DNA of 64,000 bases from Candidatus Brocadiia bacterium (lineage in GTDB: Bacteria > Planctomycetota > Brocadiia > CAIUPP01). Both the position numbers and the translations under genes were made by a program. The notes beneath the pieces are model-generated. The model had not been told where the DNA came from. It made no database searches and saw only the letters and a program-made list of their open reading frames with translations. Below are positions 28,687-38,048 of the stretch, piece by piece; positions within the stretch are counted from its first letter, which is position 1, and the number at the start of each line of letters is the position of its first letter. The stretch covers positions 4,653-68,652 of the forward strand of contig JBKQWE010000064.1 of assembly GCA_052139675.1 (NCBI GenBank), read 5' to 3'.

Positions 28687-30946
28687 CGTCCTCTGCGTCG
28701 CTGCGCTCGTTGCGCTAGCCATCTTCGCCTCCACCGCGTCGGCCCAGCCGCACATCGGTTACCTGTATCCGGCAGGCGGCCGCGCCGGCGACATTTTCTC
28801 CGTCACCGTCGGCGGCCAGAACCTTCAGAACATCACCGGCGTCTACGTCTCGGGCGAGGGCGTGCGCCTCGCCGGCATCCGCTACATGGGCCGCTTGCGG
28901 CCGCTCAACCGGGCGCAGATGATGGAGCTCCAGCGAAGGCTCGACGCGCTCCGCCTCAAGCGTTCCGGCGCCACCGCCCCGGAGATCACCAACGCCAGGG
29001 CCGTCCGGCTGCCCAACGACCCGCTGCTCGACAGCCTGGACGACCTCAGTGAAGGCGATCTCCAGTTGGTGGCCCGGGAGTTCCTCGGTCCCAATAAGCA
29101 GATGACGACCAAGAACTCCATCGCCGATCGCGTGATCATCCAGTTGATGATTGACCCCGACGCGACGCCCGGCGACCGCGAACTCCGGCTCATCGCGCCC
29201 GTCGGCATGACCAACCCGATGTGCTTCCAGGTCGGCTCAGTCCCCGAATACGACCAGAAGGACCTCAACCCCGCCGCGCCGCTGGCGTTGCCCGCGCTCG
29301 TGAACGGGCAGATTCTTCCCGCCGAAGTGGACCGCGTTCGCTTCAGCGCGCGGAGCGGCCAACGCCTGGTCATCCAGGCGCAGGCGCGCCGCCTGATTCC
29401 CTACATGGCCGACGCCGTCCCCGGCTGGTTCCAGGCCGTCATCGCCCTCTACGACGCCCAGGGCCGGCAACTGGCCTGCACCGACCATTACCTTTTCGAT
29501 CAGGACCCGGTCCTCTTTTACGCGGTGCCGGCGGACGGGGAATACCAGTTGGAAATCCGCGACTCGATCTACCGCGGCCGCGAGGACTTCGTCTATCGCG
29601 CCTCCATCGGCGAGCAGCCGTTCATCACGCAGGTCTTCCCGCTCGGCGCGCAGGCCGGCGTCCCCGCGTCGGCGGCGATCAGCGGCTGGAACCTGCCGGA
29701 GAGCCGGCTGGCGCTCGACACCGAGCCCGGCGGCCCCGGCATCCGGCAGACCGCGTGGCGCGGCGATGAAGGCGTCTCCAACGACGTTCTCTACGCGGTG
29801 GACTCGCTGCCCGAATGCCGCGCGATCGGGTCGAACCACACCGCGCAGACCGCGCAGCCGGTCGCCCTGCCGATCATCGTCAACGGCCGCATCGAGCGGC
29901 CCGGCCAGGTGGATGTCTTCCGGTTCCATGGCCGCGCCGGAGCCGAAGTCGTGGCCGAAGTCCAGGCCCGCAGGCTCGGCTCGCCGCTCGACTCATTCCT
30001 GCGCCTCACCGACGCGTCCGGAAAAGTGCTCGCGTGGAACGACGATTTCCCGGACCCGGAGTGCGGCCTGCTCACGCACCAGGCCGATTCCTGGCTGTGC
30101 GCCAGGCTGCCCGCCGACGGGACCTACTGCGTCCATCTCAGCGACGCGCAGAACGGCGGAAGCGACGCGAACGTCTATCGCCTGCGCATCAGCGCGCCGC
30201 AGCCGGATTTCGCGCTGCGGATATCGCCTTCCGCCATCAACCTGCTCGCCGGCCGCGCCACGCCGGTCTGGGTTTACGCCATCCGCAAGGACGGGTTCGA
30301 CGGCGATATTGAAATCGCCCTGGACGGCGCGCCCGCCGGCTTCAAACTCAGCGGCGCCGTCATCCCGCACGGCCGCGACAGTGTGCGCATGACCCTGACG
30401 CCGACGCGGATCCCGAAAGGGCCGAGGACGATCGCGCTGCGCGTCGTGGGCCGCGCCCAGATCGCCGGCGCAACCGCCGTCCGCGCGGCCGTCCCCGCCG
30501 ACAACGAGATGCAGGCGTTCGCGTACTGGCACCTGGTCCCCGCGCAGGAACTCCTGGCCACGGTCGCGGGCAACGGCGGGCCGACCTTTGTGCTCCCGAA
30601 AGCCGGCGCCGTCGTGAAAATTCCCGCCGGCGGCGAGACAAAAGTCCAGGTCAACTGTCCGCCGAACGTGGCGACCGCCGATACCCGCTTCGATCTCATT
30701 GAGCCGCCCAAAGGCCTGAGCGTCGGCGAGATCGCCGTCGTCAAGGGCGGCCTGACGCTCACCCTCAAAGCCGCCGCCGACCCCGCCGGCGAAAAACCCG
30801 GCTACGCCGACAACCTGATCGTCGAGGCCTATTCGCTCGAAACCGCCGCCGCCGGTCAAGGCCGCCCGGCCGCCGCCGCGAGGCGCGGGCGCTCCTACGG
30901 CAACCTCCCCGCGATCCCCATCGAAATCGTCCCACCGGCGGAATAA
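28559..30946 (+). CDS. Secreted PPC (pre-peptidase C-terminal) domain protein
   Basis: Signal peptide, PHIGYLYPAGG, repeated NG.I....VD...F modules, GSPLDSFLRL.D; typical DUF1501 partner. Confidence 0.8.
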   Translation: MRKAECRVQSADLARAECAQPMRGPNRVPFCILHSALRTLHSRVLCVAALVALAIFASTASAQPHIGYLYPAGGRAGDIFSVTVGGQNLQNITGVYVSGEGVRLAGIRYMGRLRPLNRAQMMELQRRLDALRLKRSGATAPEITNARAVRLPNDPLLDSLDDLSEGDLQLVAREFLGPNKQMTTKNSIADRVIIQLMIDPDATPGDRELRLIAPVGMTNPMCFQVGSVPEYDQKDLNPAAPLALPALVNGQILPAEVDRVRFSARSGQRLVIQAQARRLIPYMADAVPGWFQAVIALYDAQGRQLACTDHYLFDQDPVLFYAVPADGEYQLEIRDSIYRGREDFVYRASIGEQPFITQVFPLGAQAGVPASAAISGWNLPESRLALDTEPGGPGIRQTAWRGDEGVSNDVLYAVDSLPECRAIGSNHTAQTAQPVALPIIVNGRIERPGQVDVFRFHGRAGAEVVAEVQARRLGSPLDSFLRLTDASGKVLAWNDDFPDPECGLLTHQADSWLCARLPADGTYCVHLSDAQNGGSDANVYRLRISAPQPDFALRISPSAINLLAGRATPVWVYAIRKDGFDGDIEIALDGAPAGFKLSGAVIPHGRDSVRMTLTPTRIPKGPRTIALRVVGRAQIAGATAVRAAVPADNEMQAFAYWHLVPAQELLATVAGNGGPTFVLPKAGAVVKIPAGGETKVQVNCPPNVATADTRFDLIEPPKGLSVGEIAVVKGGLTLTLKAAADPAGEKPGYADNLIVEAYSLETAAAGQGRPAAAARRGRSYGNLPAIPIEIVPPAE

Positions 30947-31069
30947 CCGCCGGCGGCCCGGCCGTGGATGCGGAATTCGCAGCCATCTCTGCACCGCCCG
31001 CCGTCGGCCGATGGCCGATGCTGATATACCTAACTCCGGATCAGGCATTCCAGGTTCGACTGCTGGATG

Positions 31070-31190
31070 CTCAGCCATTCGACTCGCTTCGCTCGCTGAT
31101 CGCCTTCGGCCGGTCAGCGGGCGAGGCGAGTTGCATTTTTACGGCCGGCTGTCCGCGAGGCAAGCGAGTCGAAGGGTCCTGAGCGCGAGG
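31070..31190. repeat. REP-like palindrome (TTCGACTCGCTT...AAGCGAGTCGAA)
   Basis: Inverted repeat downstream of vapC; related sequence at 31867-31891. Confidence 0.7.
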
Positions 31191-31212
31191 AGTGCGAAGC
31201 GAGAAAATCACG

Positions 31213-31602
31213 TCAGACCAATCGCAGTTTGGGCGCCACGTGCTTTGCTATGATCTGGAAGTGCTTGTCGCAGCAGTAGAGGGGAACATCATGGTGCAAA
31301 GCAGCGGCTGCGACGAGGATGTCGTCCCGGGGGACCGTGACGCCATTCCGCCGCATCCCTTTTTCCAGTGATGCTCCCAGTTCCCAGGCGGCGACCGGAA
31401 ACTCCAGGAACCCGCAGAACCCGAGCGCTTTCCGAATGAAATGAATCTCCACCGGACGTGCGCCGAGCATGAGTTCGTAAAGGATGGGGCCGCAGAACCC
31501 CGCATCGCCTGTTTCCACCCAGCCGGCCACGCGCGACTTGACGGCCGCATCGCCGCTGCGCCGGAAGAATTCGATCCACGCGGATGTGTCAATCAGAGTC
31601 AT
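31213..31602 (-). CDS. vapC: PIN domain toxin
   Basis: LIDTSAWI, ELMLG, DDILVAAAA, DKHF. Confidence 0.9.
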   Translation of the reverse strand: MTLIDTSAWIEFFRRSGDAAVKSRVAGWVETGDAGFCGPILYELMLGARPVEIHFIRKALGFCGFLEFPVAAWELGASLEKGMRRNGVTVPRDDILVAAAALHHDVPLYCCDKHFQIIAKHVAPKLRLV

Positions 31603-31804
31603 ACGTCCCCAGTTTCTCCAGTTCATCGTTCGTCATGCCGAAATCCGTCTCGCCGCGGAGGACTTTACGCAGGAGTTCTCTCTTCTCCCGCTCGCGCAGG
31701 TACCGCTTGAGCGCCTCGCGCACGGCCGGCGAGCGCTTGCGATTTCCGGTCGCCTTTTGAATGTCCCGCAGCACCTTCTTGTCAATATCAATTGTCAGCC
31801 GCAT
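31589..31804 (-). CDS. vapB: VapB-type antitoxin
   Basis: MRLTIDID...SPAVREAL (RHH-like); overlaps vapC. Confidence 0.8.
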   Translation of the reverse strand: MRLTIDIDKKVLRDIQKATGNRKRSPAVREALKRYLREREKRELLRKVLRGETDFGMTNDELEKLGTYDSD

Positions 31805-32079
31805 GATTCGGACCCTCCCATTTGATGATATTATGGCGCGCAAAAGATGCTTTGTCAATCTCCTTTGTCCTGAGCGGGCGAAGCAAGTCGAGTGGGTCCA
31901 CGGCGCTTGCGGATGCGAAGGCCGACTCATGTCCTCCGTAGCTTTAGGTTCCGTGCACCGGGTCTAATCCCACCGGCTTTCAGCCGGTTGACTTTCAGCA
32001 GGTCGTTTCTTCGTTACCGCAATTCTTGCGAGAGGCATCAGGCGCGCGCTCGTCATGTCGCGCGCAGTACGCTGCGCGC

Positions 32080-32235
32080 TCTTGCTGAACGAAGTGAAGC
32101 ATCTCACCCGCAGCGCGTGAGCGGCGCGCGGGGTGTGAGATTCCTCGCCGTTCGGCCCTGAGCCGTTCGACTCTGCTCACGGCCCTGAGCTTGTCGAAGG
32201 GCTCACGGCCGAAGGGCTGCGCTCGGAATGACGGC
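32080..32235. repeat. Nested REP-like palindromes
   Basis: Outer GCTGAACGAAGTGAAGCATCTC...GAGATTCCTCG...GCTGCGCTCGGAATGAC; inner TTCGACTCTGCTCACGGCCCTGAGCTTGTCGAAGGG. Confidence 0.75.
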
Positions 32236-32304
32236 CGCCACTTCAGCGGCTCCTTTTGCGACTTTCAGTCGCGGACAAACCTGCCGCCATTAGGCGGTCG
32301 TGGT

Positions 32305-33435
32305 TTAGCCCGCGCCGCGCGAACTCCGCAAATCGGCATTATCGCCCATCCATTCCGCGACCCAGAGGAACCTCTCCAGCGGCGTCGCCAGCCCGTCCGC
32401 CGCCAGCCAGAGCAGCAGGTTCGCGCGGCGGATGCGCGGCGTGTACAACCGATCCAGCTCCGCCCGCATCTCCTTCGCCGTGACGGCCGGCTTCTGGAAG
32501 ACGCCCGGGTTGAGGATGCCGCCGAAGAGCACCGCGTCATCGCCGAGAATATGCAGGGCGGCGTCGAACGTCGTGTCGCCCACCGTCGGCGGGGTGGTCG
32601 CGTTGTAGCCGTCGCAGCCGGTGCGGCGGACGATCGGCAGCAGGTTCCGCAGCAGCCCGCACATGTGCAGGACCACTTTCTTCCCGCGCCGGTGCATGAT
32701 GTCGCAGTAATCGCGGATCTGCGGCAGGCTGTAGCGCTCGTAGATGGCCGGACTCGTCAGGGTCGAGCTGGTGTTCTCGACCGGGATGACCGCCTCGGCA
32801 GGGGTGCGGCGCGCGACGATTTCATACTCCTGCCTGCGCCGTTCGTGCATGACGCCGAGCAGCGCCTCCATCTCCTCCGGCGCGTCCTGCAGGAAGTAAT
32901 AAAAGCTCTCCGCGCCCATGTCCATCTCGATCAACTGCTGGACAGGCGAAGGATCGAGCGTCGGCAGATACATGCCGCGGTCGCCGATGAGCGCCTCGGC
33001 TCGGCGGAAGCGCTCCTCGTGTTCCGGGACCTCCTCGTAATGCATGTGCTCCCACAGTCGCCGCAGCACGCGCAGGTCGTCCAGCGTCTGGACGGGCGGC
33101 TTAATCGGATGGCCGTTGCGCGAGGCCGAAACCAGCGTGCCCCAGCGGGTTTTGTTCGTCACCACCACGGCGCCGTCGGATTGCTCCGTGCGCGCGAGGT
33201 CGGACTCGGGCCAGACCGCGCGCGCCGGCAACGGCACGCGGCAATCCCCGGGTAGACCATACGAGCCGAACTGCATCACATCGCAGCCGATGCGCCGGTA
33301 GAACTCCAACGGCATCATGGAGCGCTCCGGCTCCGGCATGACCGACATCGTTTCGCCGTCCACCAGCGTGGTCCAGGAGAGCCGGTCCACCGGCTTGCGG
33401 TTGAGAATATTGTGAAGGCGCTCGCGTCCAGTCAT
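32305..33435 (-). CDS. Uroporphyrinogen decarboxylase family protein
   Basis: MTGRERL...PVDRL, SPAIYERYSLP, LHMCG, LFGGI.P. Confidence 0.8.
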   Translation of the reverse strand: MTGRERLHNILNRKPVDRLSWTTLVDGETMSVMPEPERSMMPLEFYRRIGCDVMQFGSYGLPGDCRVPLPARAVWPESDLARTEQSDGAVVVTNKTRWGTLVSASRNGHPIKPPVQTLDDLRVLRRLWEHMHYEEVPEHEERFRRAEALIGDRGMYLPTLDPSPVQQLIEMDMGAESFYYFLQDAPEEMEALLGVMHERRRQEYEIVARRTPAEAVIPVENTSSTLTSPAIYERYSLPQIRDYCDIMHRRGKKVVLHMCGLLRNLLPIVRRTGCDGYNATTPPTVGDTTFDAALHILGDDAVLFGGILNPGVFQKPAVTAKEMRAELDRLYTPRIRRANLLLWLAADGLATPLERFLWVAEWMGDNADLRSSRGAG

Positions 33436-33761
33436 ACAGTCCTCTTCGCGCGCGACCCGGCTCATATTCGAAGATGTGATTGTACGCTCAAAATCGCCGA
33501 CGTCAAGGTGCTTCTCAGGGTTTCTGGAAAACGGCATGTCCACACGCGCCTGATTAGAAAGAGGAGGCGGAGCGGTTTGTCGCAGGACCTGTTTGGCCAG
33601 CCGTGAACGGGCCAACGCTCAACGAGAGTGCGCCGGCACGGCGCACTCTCCTTGGGTGTTCGAAGTTCATCCGCCGACATTCGGGGACATAAACCTAACT
33701 ACGCCGGCTGTTACAGCGAGAATAGGGTTTATCTCCCCGAATATATCAGAGAATAATAGGC

Positions 33762-33836
33762 GACTGTGGGGCCGTTGAAAATGACACCGCGCAGAGGTTG
33801 CACTCGCCCGCAGGGTTTTTCAACAGCCCCACTGTC
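33762..33836. mobile_element. MITE-like / IS-end remnant
   Basis: Inverted repeat GTGGGGCCGTTGAAAA ... TTTTCAACAGCCCCAC; no transposase. Confidence 0.5.
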
Positions 33837-33887
33837 CCCGATTATTAATGGATGGGCAACTCCAAGGAATACCCAGAGTGACACCCG

Positions 33888-33916
33888 TTGACAAGCGGGA
33901 TTCTGATGGTTAGAAT
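33888..33916 (+). promoter_or_regulatory. sigma70 promoter
   Basis: TTGACA-17 nt-TAGAAT. Confidence 0.7.
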
Positions 33917-34009
33917 CCAATACCTCACGGTTAATTGACATCTATACGGCTTGCCCGCCGGTCGCGTGGAGGCGGGCGCCGTCGGTCATCAAGCTATGAG
34001 GAGGGAGCT

Positions 34010-34885
34010 CTGCAGCGGATCCTGATCCTGATGCATGAGACCGAGTGGCCCACCCGCGCCCATTATCTGATAGATGACCTCCGTGACGTGTGGCAGAACC
34101 GGGGACTACAGGTGTCATACGTTTACGGCGTCAGAGACCGCCCCGAGGCGGACCTGCTTATTGCGCACGTTGACCTGACACGCACGCCTCCCGAATACGT
34201 CGAGTATATCCGGTCCTTCCCCGCCGCAGTCAATCGGGACGTAGTTGATATCTCCAAGCGCAGGTTCAGCACGCATCTGCTTCGTCGCGACGACGACTTC
34301 GGCGGGCCTGTCATCGTGAAGACCGACAACAACTCCAGAGGTGGGTCGGAGGACCTGCTGTTCCGGCGCCGGCATCCCTTTCTCTGGAAGCTTGGGCGGA
34401 AAGCGGTGGAGATCGCGGAGCAAGCGCCCGGGCAGCGCTTCGCGTGGCGGAGAGTGATGCTGAGCGATTACCCCGTCTACAGCAGCTTGGCGCAGGTTCC
34501 CGCCGGCGTGTTCAGAAACCGGGCGCTCGTCGTGGAGCAGTTCCTTCCAGAGAGAGAAGGCGGCCTCTACTTCGTGCGCCAATACATTTGCCTGGGTGAT
34601 CGCTCACAAAGCATGCGCTTGGCGGGCACGAAACCGTTTGTGAAAAGGCCGTCGGCCAAGCTCTTTGACGAAGGCCTTGAGGTTCCCGAACCGGTGCTCG
34701 ACTTGCGCCGCCAGTTGGGTTTGGATTATGGCAAAATTGACTATACGGTTCATGCGGGTCAAGTCGCCATCTTGGATGTGAACCGGACACCGGCCCTGGC
34801 CGGCGAACCCCAGGACACGGCGCGTACCGTCGCCAATCTGGCGGACGGCATCTGGTCGCTGCTGCCGAACGGAGGCAACACTTGA
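34010..34885 (+). CDS. Hypothetical protein, ATP-grasp-like
   Basis: VIVKTDNN, VVEQFLPE, GLDYGKIDY...ILDVNRTP; start uncertain (CTG 34010 after GAGGAG, or ATG 34031). Confidence 0.6.
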   Translation: MQRILILMHETEWPTRAHYLIDDLRDVWQNRGLQVSYVYGVRDRPEADLLIAHVDLTRTPPEYVEYIRSFPAAVNRDVVDISKRRFSTHLLRRDDDFGGPVIVKTDNNSRGGSEDLLFRRRHPFLWKLGRKAVEIAEQAPGQRFAWRRVMLSDYPVYSSLAQVPAGVFRNRALVVEQFLPEREGGLYFVRQYICLGDRSQSMRLAGTKPFVKRPSAKLFDEGLEVPEPVLDLRRQLGLDYGKIDYTVHAGQVAILDVNRTPALAGEPQDTARTVANLADGIWSLLPNGGNT

Positions 34886-35215
34886 CACAGAAGACTGCGG
34901 AGTTCGGAGTTCCGGGGATACCCATACATAATTATTGATGCGGGCAGCAACATTGAAGGCTGGCCACACCATACCTACGGCGAACCACTTAGGATTCTCG
35001 TCCCAATCATGCGCGCGAGTGGCGCGCGTGGGCGTATCATTATTCAGAACAAGCAGGAAACCGTTTGATACCTGGCGCGTTTGACGTATAATGCCTTCGG
35101 TACGAACGACATCCGGTACGTCAAGCTTCGGAGGATGGCGAAACCGGCGCGAAAACAAAAGGTTCCTGTCCTCGGTTATTCCAGACCCGCGAATCGTCAC
35201 TGGAGGCTGCCCCTT

Positions 35216-36391
35216 ATGATCCCGAAACCGCTCGACCAAGTGACAACTGCTGACCTGGAATTGCTCGTGCAAAACGCCGTACGTGAGGATAAGCAGATGG
35301 AGTTCAAAAGTGTGCTGCCAGGAGGCGGCGACGAGGACAAGAAGGAATTCCTTGCTGACGTTTCCTCTTTCGCCAATGCATCTGGCGGCGATCTTGTTTA
35401 CGGAATCGAGGAAAAGGAAGGCGAAGCAAAGTGTATATGCGGGCTCAGTGATCGTGACCTTGATGCTGAAGTCCTACGACTGGAAAACATGCTGCGCGAT
35501 GGACTAGCCCCGAGAATATTTGGTATCCACATGCGAGTAATCCCAGGATTGACCCAAGGGCCTGTTCTGATTATGCGTATACAGCGCAGTTGGGCAGGGC
35601 CTCATATGGTGACGTTCAAAGGAAGTTCACGATTCTTCACGCGGGATAATGGCGGCAAGCACATGATGGACGTTGGTGAGATTCGGATTTCGTTTGGTGC
35701 TTCCGCATCTTTAAGTGAAAGCATTCGAAGCTTTCGCGCAGAGCGTCTTGGCCGCTTGCTTGGACAAGAAGCGCCATTCATGATGCGCGACCGCCCTACG
35801 ATTGTGTTACACATGGTGCCGCTCGGTGCTTTCCATGCCGGCACCAACATTGACCTATCCATTCTGAACGGCGGCGCTATTCAACTTCCTCCACTTCGCT
35901 CCCAACGATGGAGCTCCAGGTACAACTTTGACGGTTTTATCACCTTTAGTCAGGACGTTGAATCAGGCGAAGTACGCTCGTATTTGCAGGTCTTCAGGAC
36001 TGGTGCACTTGAGGCAGTGACTTCCCGCCTTGCGCTAGAGGAAGAGAAGCGCATTCCCAGTGAGGTGTTTGAGAAGACCATAATCGAAAGTCTCGGCAAG
36101 TATGCCAAGGCATTGGAGTCCATTAGTGTCGAGCCCCCACTGGTCATAATGATGAGCTTGCTTCGGACAAAAGGACTGAGTATGATCACCTCCGGCCTTT
36201 ACGACGCGCCAGGCCCCCAGGGCATCGAGAAGGATACGCTTGTCCTTCCAGAAGTGGTTTGGGAAGCACCATCTTCGGTCTCTCCAAGTCTGCTTATGCG
36301 CCCGGTCTTCGATGCAATATGGCAGGCTGCTGGCTGGCCAAGAAGCATAAACTACGACGGCAAGGGCAAATGGGTCGGGCAACGGAGATAG
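35216..36391 (+). CDS. Schlafen/AlbA_2 domain protein
   Basis: VREDKQMEFKS...EFLADVSSFANASGGDLVYGIEE; GGAGG RBS; lower GC than flanks. Confidence 0.85.
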   Translation: MIPKPLDQVTTADLELLVQNAVREDKQMEFKSVLPGGGDEDKKEFLADVSSFANASGGDLVYGIEEKEGEAKCICGLSDRDLDAEVLRLENMLRDGLAPRIFGIHMRVIPGLTQGPVLIMRIQRSWAGPHMVTFKGSSRFFTRDNGGKHMMDVGEIRISFGASASLSESIRSFRAERLGRLLGQEAPFMMRDRPTIVLHMVPLGAFHAGTNIDLSILNGGAIQLPPLRSQRWSSRYNFDGFITFSQDVESGEVRSYLQVFRTGALEAVTSRLALEEEKRIPSEVFEKTIIESLGKYAKALESISVEPPLVIMMSLLRTKGLSMITSGLYDAPGPQGIEKDTLVLPEVVWEAPSSVSPSLLMRPVFDAIWQAAGWPRSINYDGKGKWVGQRR

Positions 36392-36829
36392 TGTGGTATG
36401 AGCGCCTCGCAGCATTTGCCGACGCCATGCCTGGCCTGATTCCTGGACGCAATACATCATTATTCACAAGTGATGGCTGAGCATCCAGGACTCAAACCTG
36501 CGGGCAAACTGGGGGCACATTGCCAGTTGCTTTGCTGCTTTTCGAGTGCGTTTCGGACAGCCGCCTCATAGGGCCTTCCATTGTCGCCTTCCGACGGCGA
36601 TAGAGGCGTCGGCCGTCCTTCGAGCCGACGGCATTGTACGCTTGCAGTGGCTCTCTTTGAAATGGTCTTGCGGCAGTTCTGGAAAACCATTCACCCAGGC
36701 GCGCTCCTCGCGCTTGATGGGAAAGATCAGTCTGTGTGGTTCGGTTAGTGACCTATGTGGCCAGGCACAACTGAGACTCTCAGCGGCGCAACAACTGGTG
36801 CCTGTCCCCGGCTTTCCCTGGCCAAGAGA

Positions 36830-36980
36830 CGCGCCGCGCGACCACAAGTGTAAGCCGCCCTGCATGATGTTCGAGTGGCTGGGCTGCGATAACAATTGCC
36901 GGACGAAGGGATGCGAGATTCTTGAGAAGATTTCGGTGGACGACGTCCTGAGAGCTATTTCGGCGGAGGCGCGCCAATGA
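36830..36980 (+). pseudogene. Possible C-terminal remnant of a GT9-like glycosyltransferase
   Basis: CKPPCMM...CDNNC...CEILEKISVDDVLRAI resembles GT9 C-termini; no credible N-terminus. Confidence 0.35.
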
Positions 36981-36982
36981 CG

Positions 36983-37528
36983 CTATTGGGAGCCGTTCGG
37001 GGCGCGATCCATCCTCGGGACGAACACAACGAACTGAGAGACGCGGTCGCTGGCGTCAAACCAGAACAGGACGCCCGTGCTGCCATAGACGAGCTTGGCG
37101 GTCCCGGGCATCCGGTAGAGTACCTTCGAACGCAGATCACGGGATTGGCTCCCTGGCGCGACGGAGCGCGTCTCGATTATCGGGCCGTAGGCGAGTTGCA
37201 CGTCCGCCAGAGAATTGCCGATTCCGATGCCGGTGGAGAGCTTGCCTCTGCCGGCAAAGGCCGCGTTGAATCGCACCTCCGTTACACCGTCGCCCGCATC
37301 CGGTCCGAAAAGAAAATCAATGCCGCGGCGCGAGCGGTAGGAATACCAGTTCGTCTCGCTCACCTCGGGGACGCCGAAGGTCTGAGCAATCTGCTGCCGG
37401 GTTTTTCCAACGACGGCATCGCCCCAACCGATGCCTTCCCGGACCGCGTCATCGGTCTTCGCCCACGCCAAGGAGACCGTTCCGGCGATCAGCACGGCCG
37501 CAAAAAGCGTGTTTATCCTCATCGCCAA
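36983..37528 (-). CDS. Secreted hypothetical protein
   Basis: Signal peptide; two GI..G.....+...+G half-repeats. Confidence 0.7.
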   Translation of the reverse strand: MAMRINTLFAAVLIAGTVSLAWAKTDDAVREGIGWGDAVVGKTRQQIAQTFGVPEVSETNWYSYRSRRGIDFLFGPDAGDGVTEVRFNAAFAGRGKLSTGIGIGNSLADVQLAYGPIIETRSVAPGSQSRDLRSKVLYRMPGTAKLVYGSTGVLFWFDASDRVSQFVVFVPRMDRAPNGSQ

Positions 37529-38000
37529 GCCCTCCTCAGAATGGAAATTGCCGCACTGACCGGAACTATATCATCGGGTGTTCGATCCGGCAAGGAGAAA
37601 ATCACGTAAGGGACCATCTGGTCCCCTGCCCAAATCCGTCCGGCATGCGATTTGCGAAGGCGCTCAACCCCTCCCATTTTCACCTCCACTTTCTCTCGCG
37701 CACGCCCCGTCTCCATTTGCGCCGGTACGGCATTTCGGGGAGTTGCCTGTCAAAAGGTGCGTAAGCCGATATTCTGCGGCAGGACACGCTCGCGCGCGCC
37801 CCGCACGCGATTGGGTTCGTTTTTTCAGATGGGTTTGTCGAGCCAGACGCCCCTTCAGCGTCCTGCGGGCGACCGCGTCAATAAAGCGGCCATGTGATGG
37901 GCATGCGTGGGCTATCCGACATCATTCCGGCCCGTCACAGCCCCATTGCGACGGCATGAGAGCGGCATGAAAGCGGTATGGGTATCAGGAGAAGTATGAT

Positions 38001-38016
38001 TGTTCCACGTGGAACA
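38001..38016. other. parS: parS chromosome-partitioning site
   Basis: Perfect palindrome TGTTCCACGTGGAACA (extends to 20 bp), intergenic. Confidence 0.8.
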
Positions 38017-38048
38017 ATTTAGAAAACATCTTATCGTCCCACTTCCGA

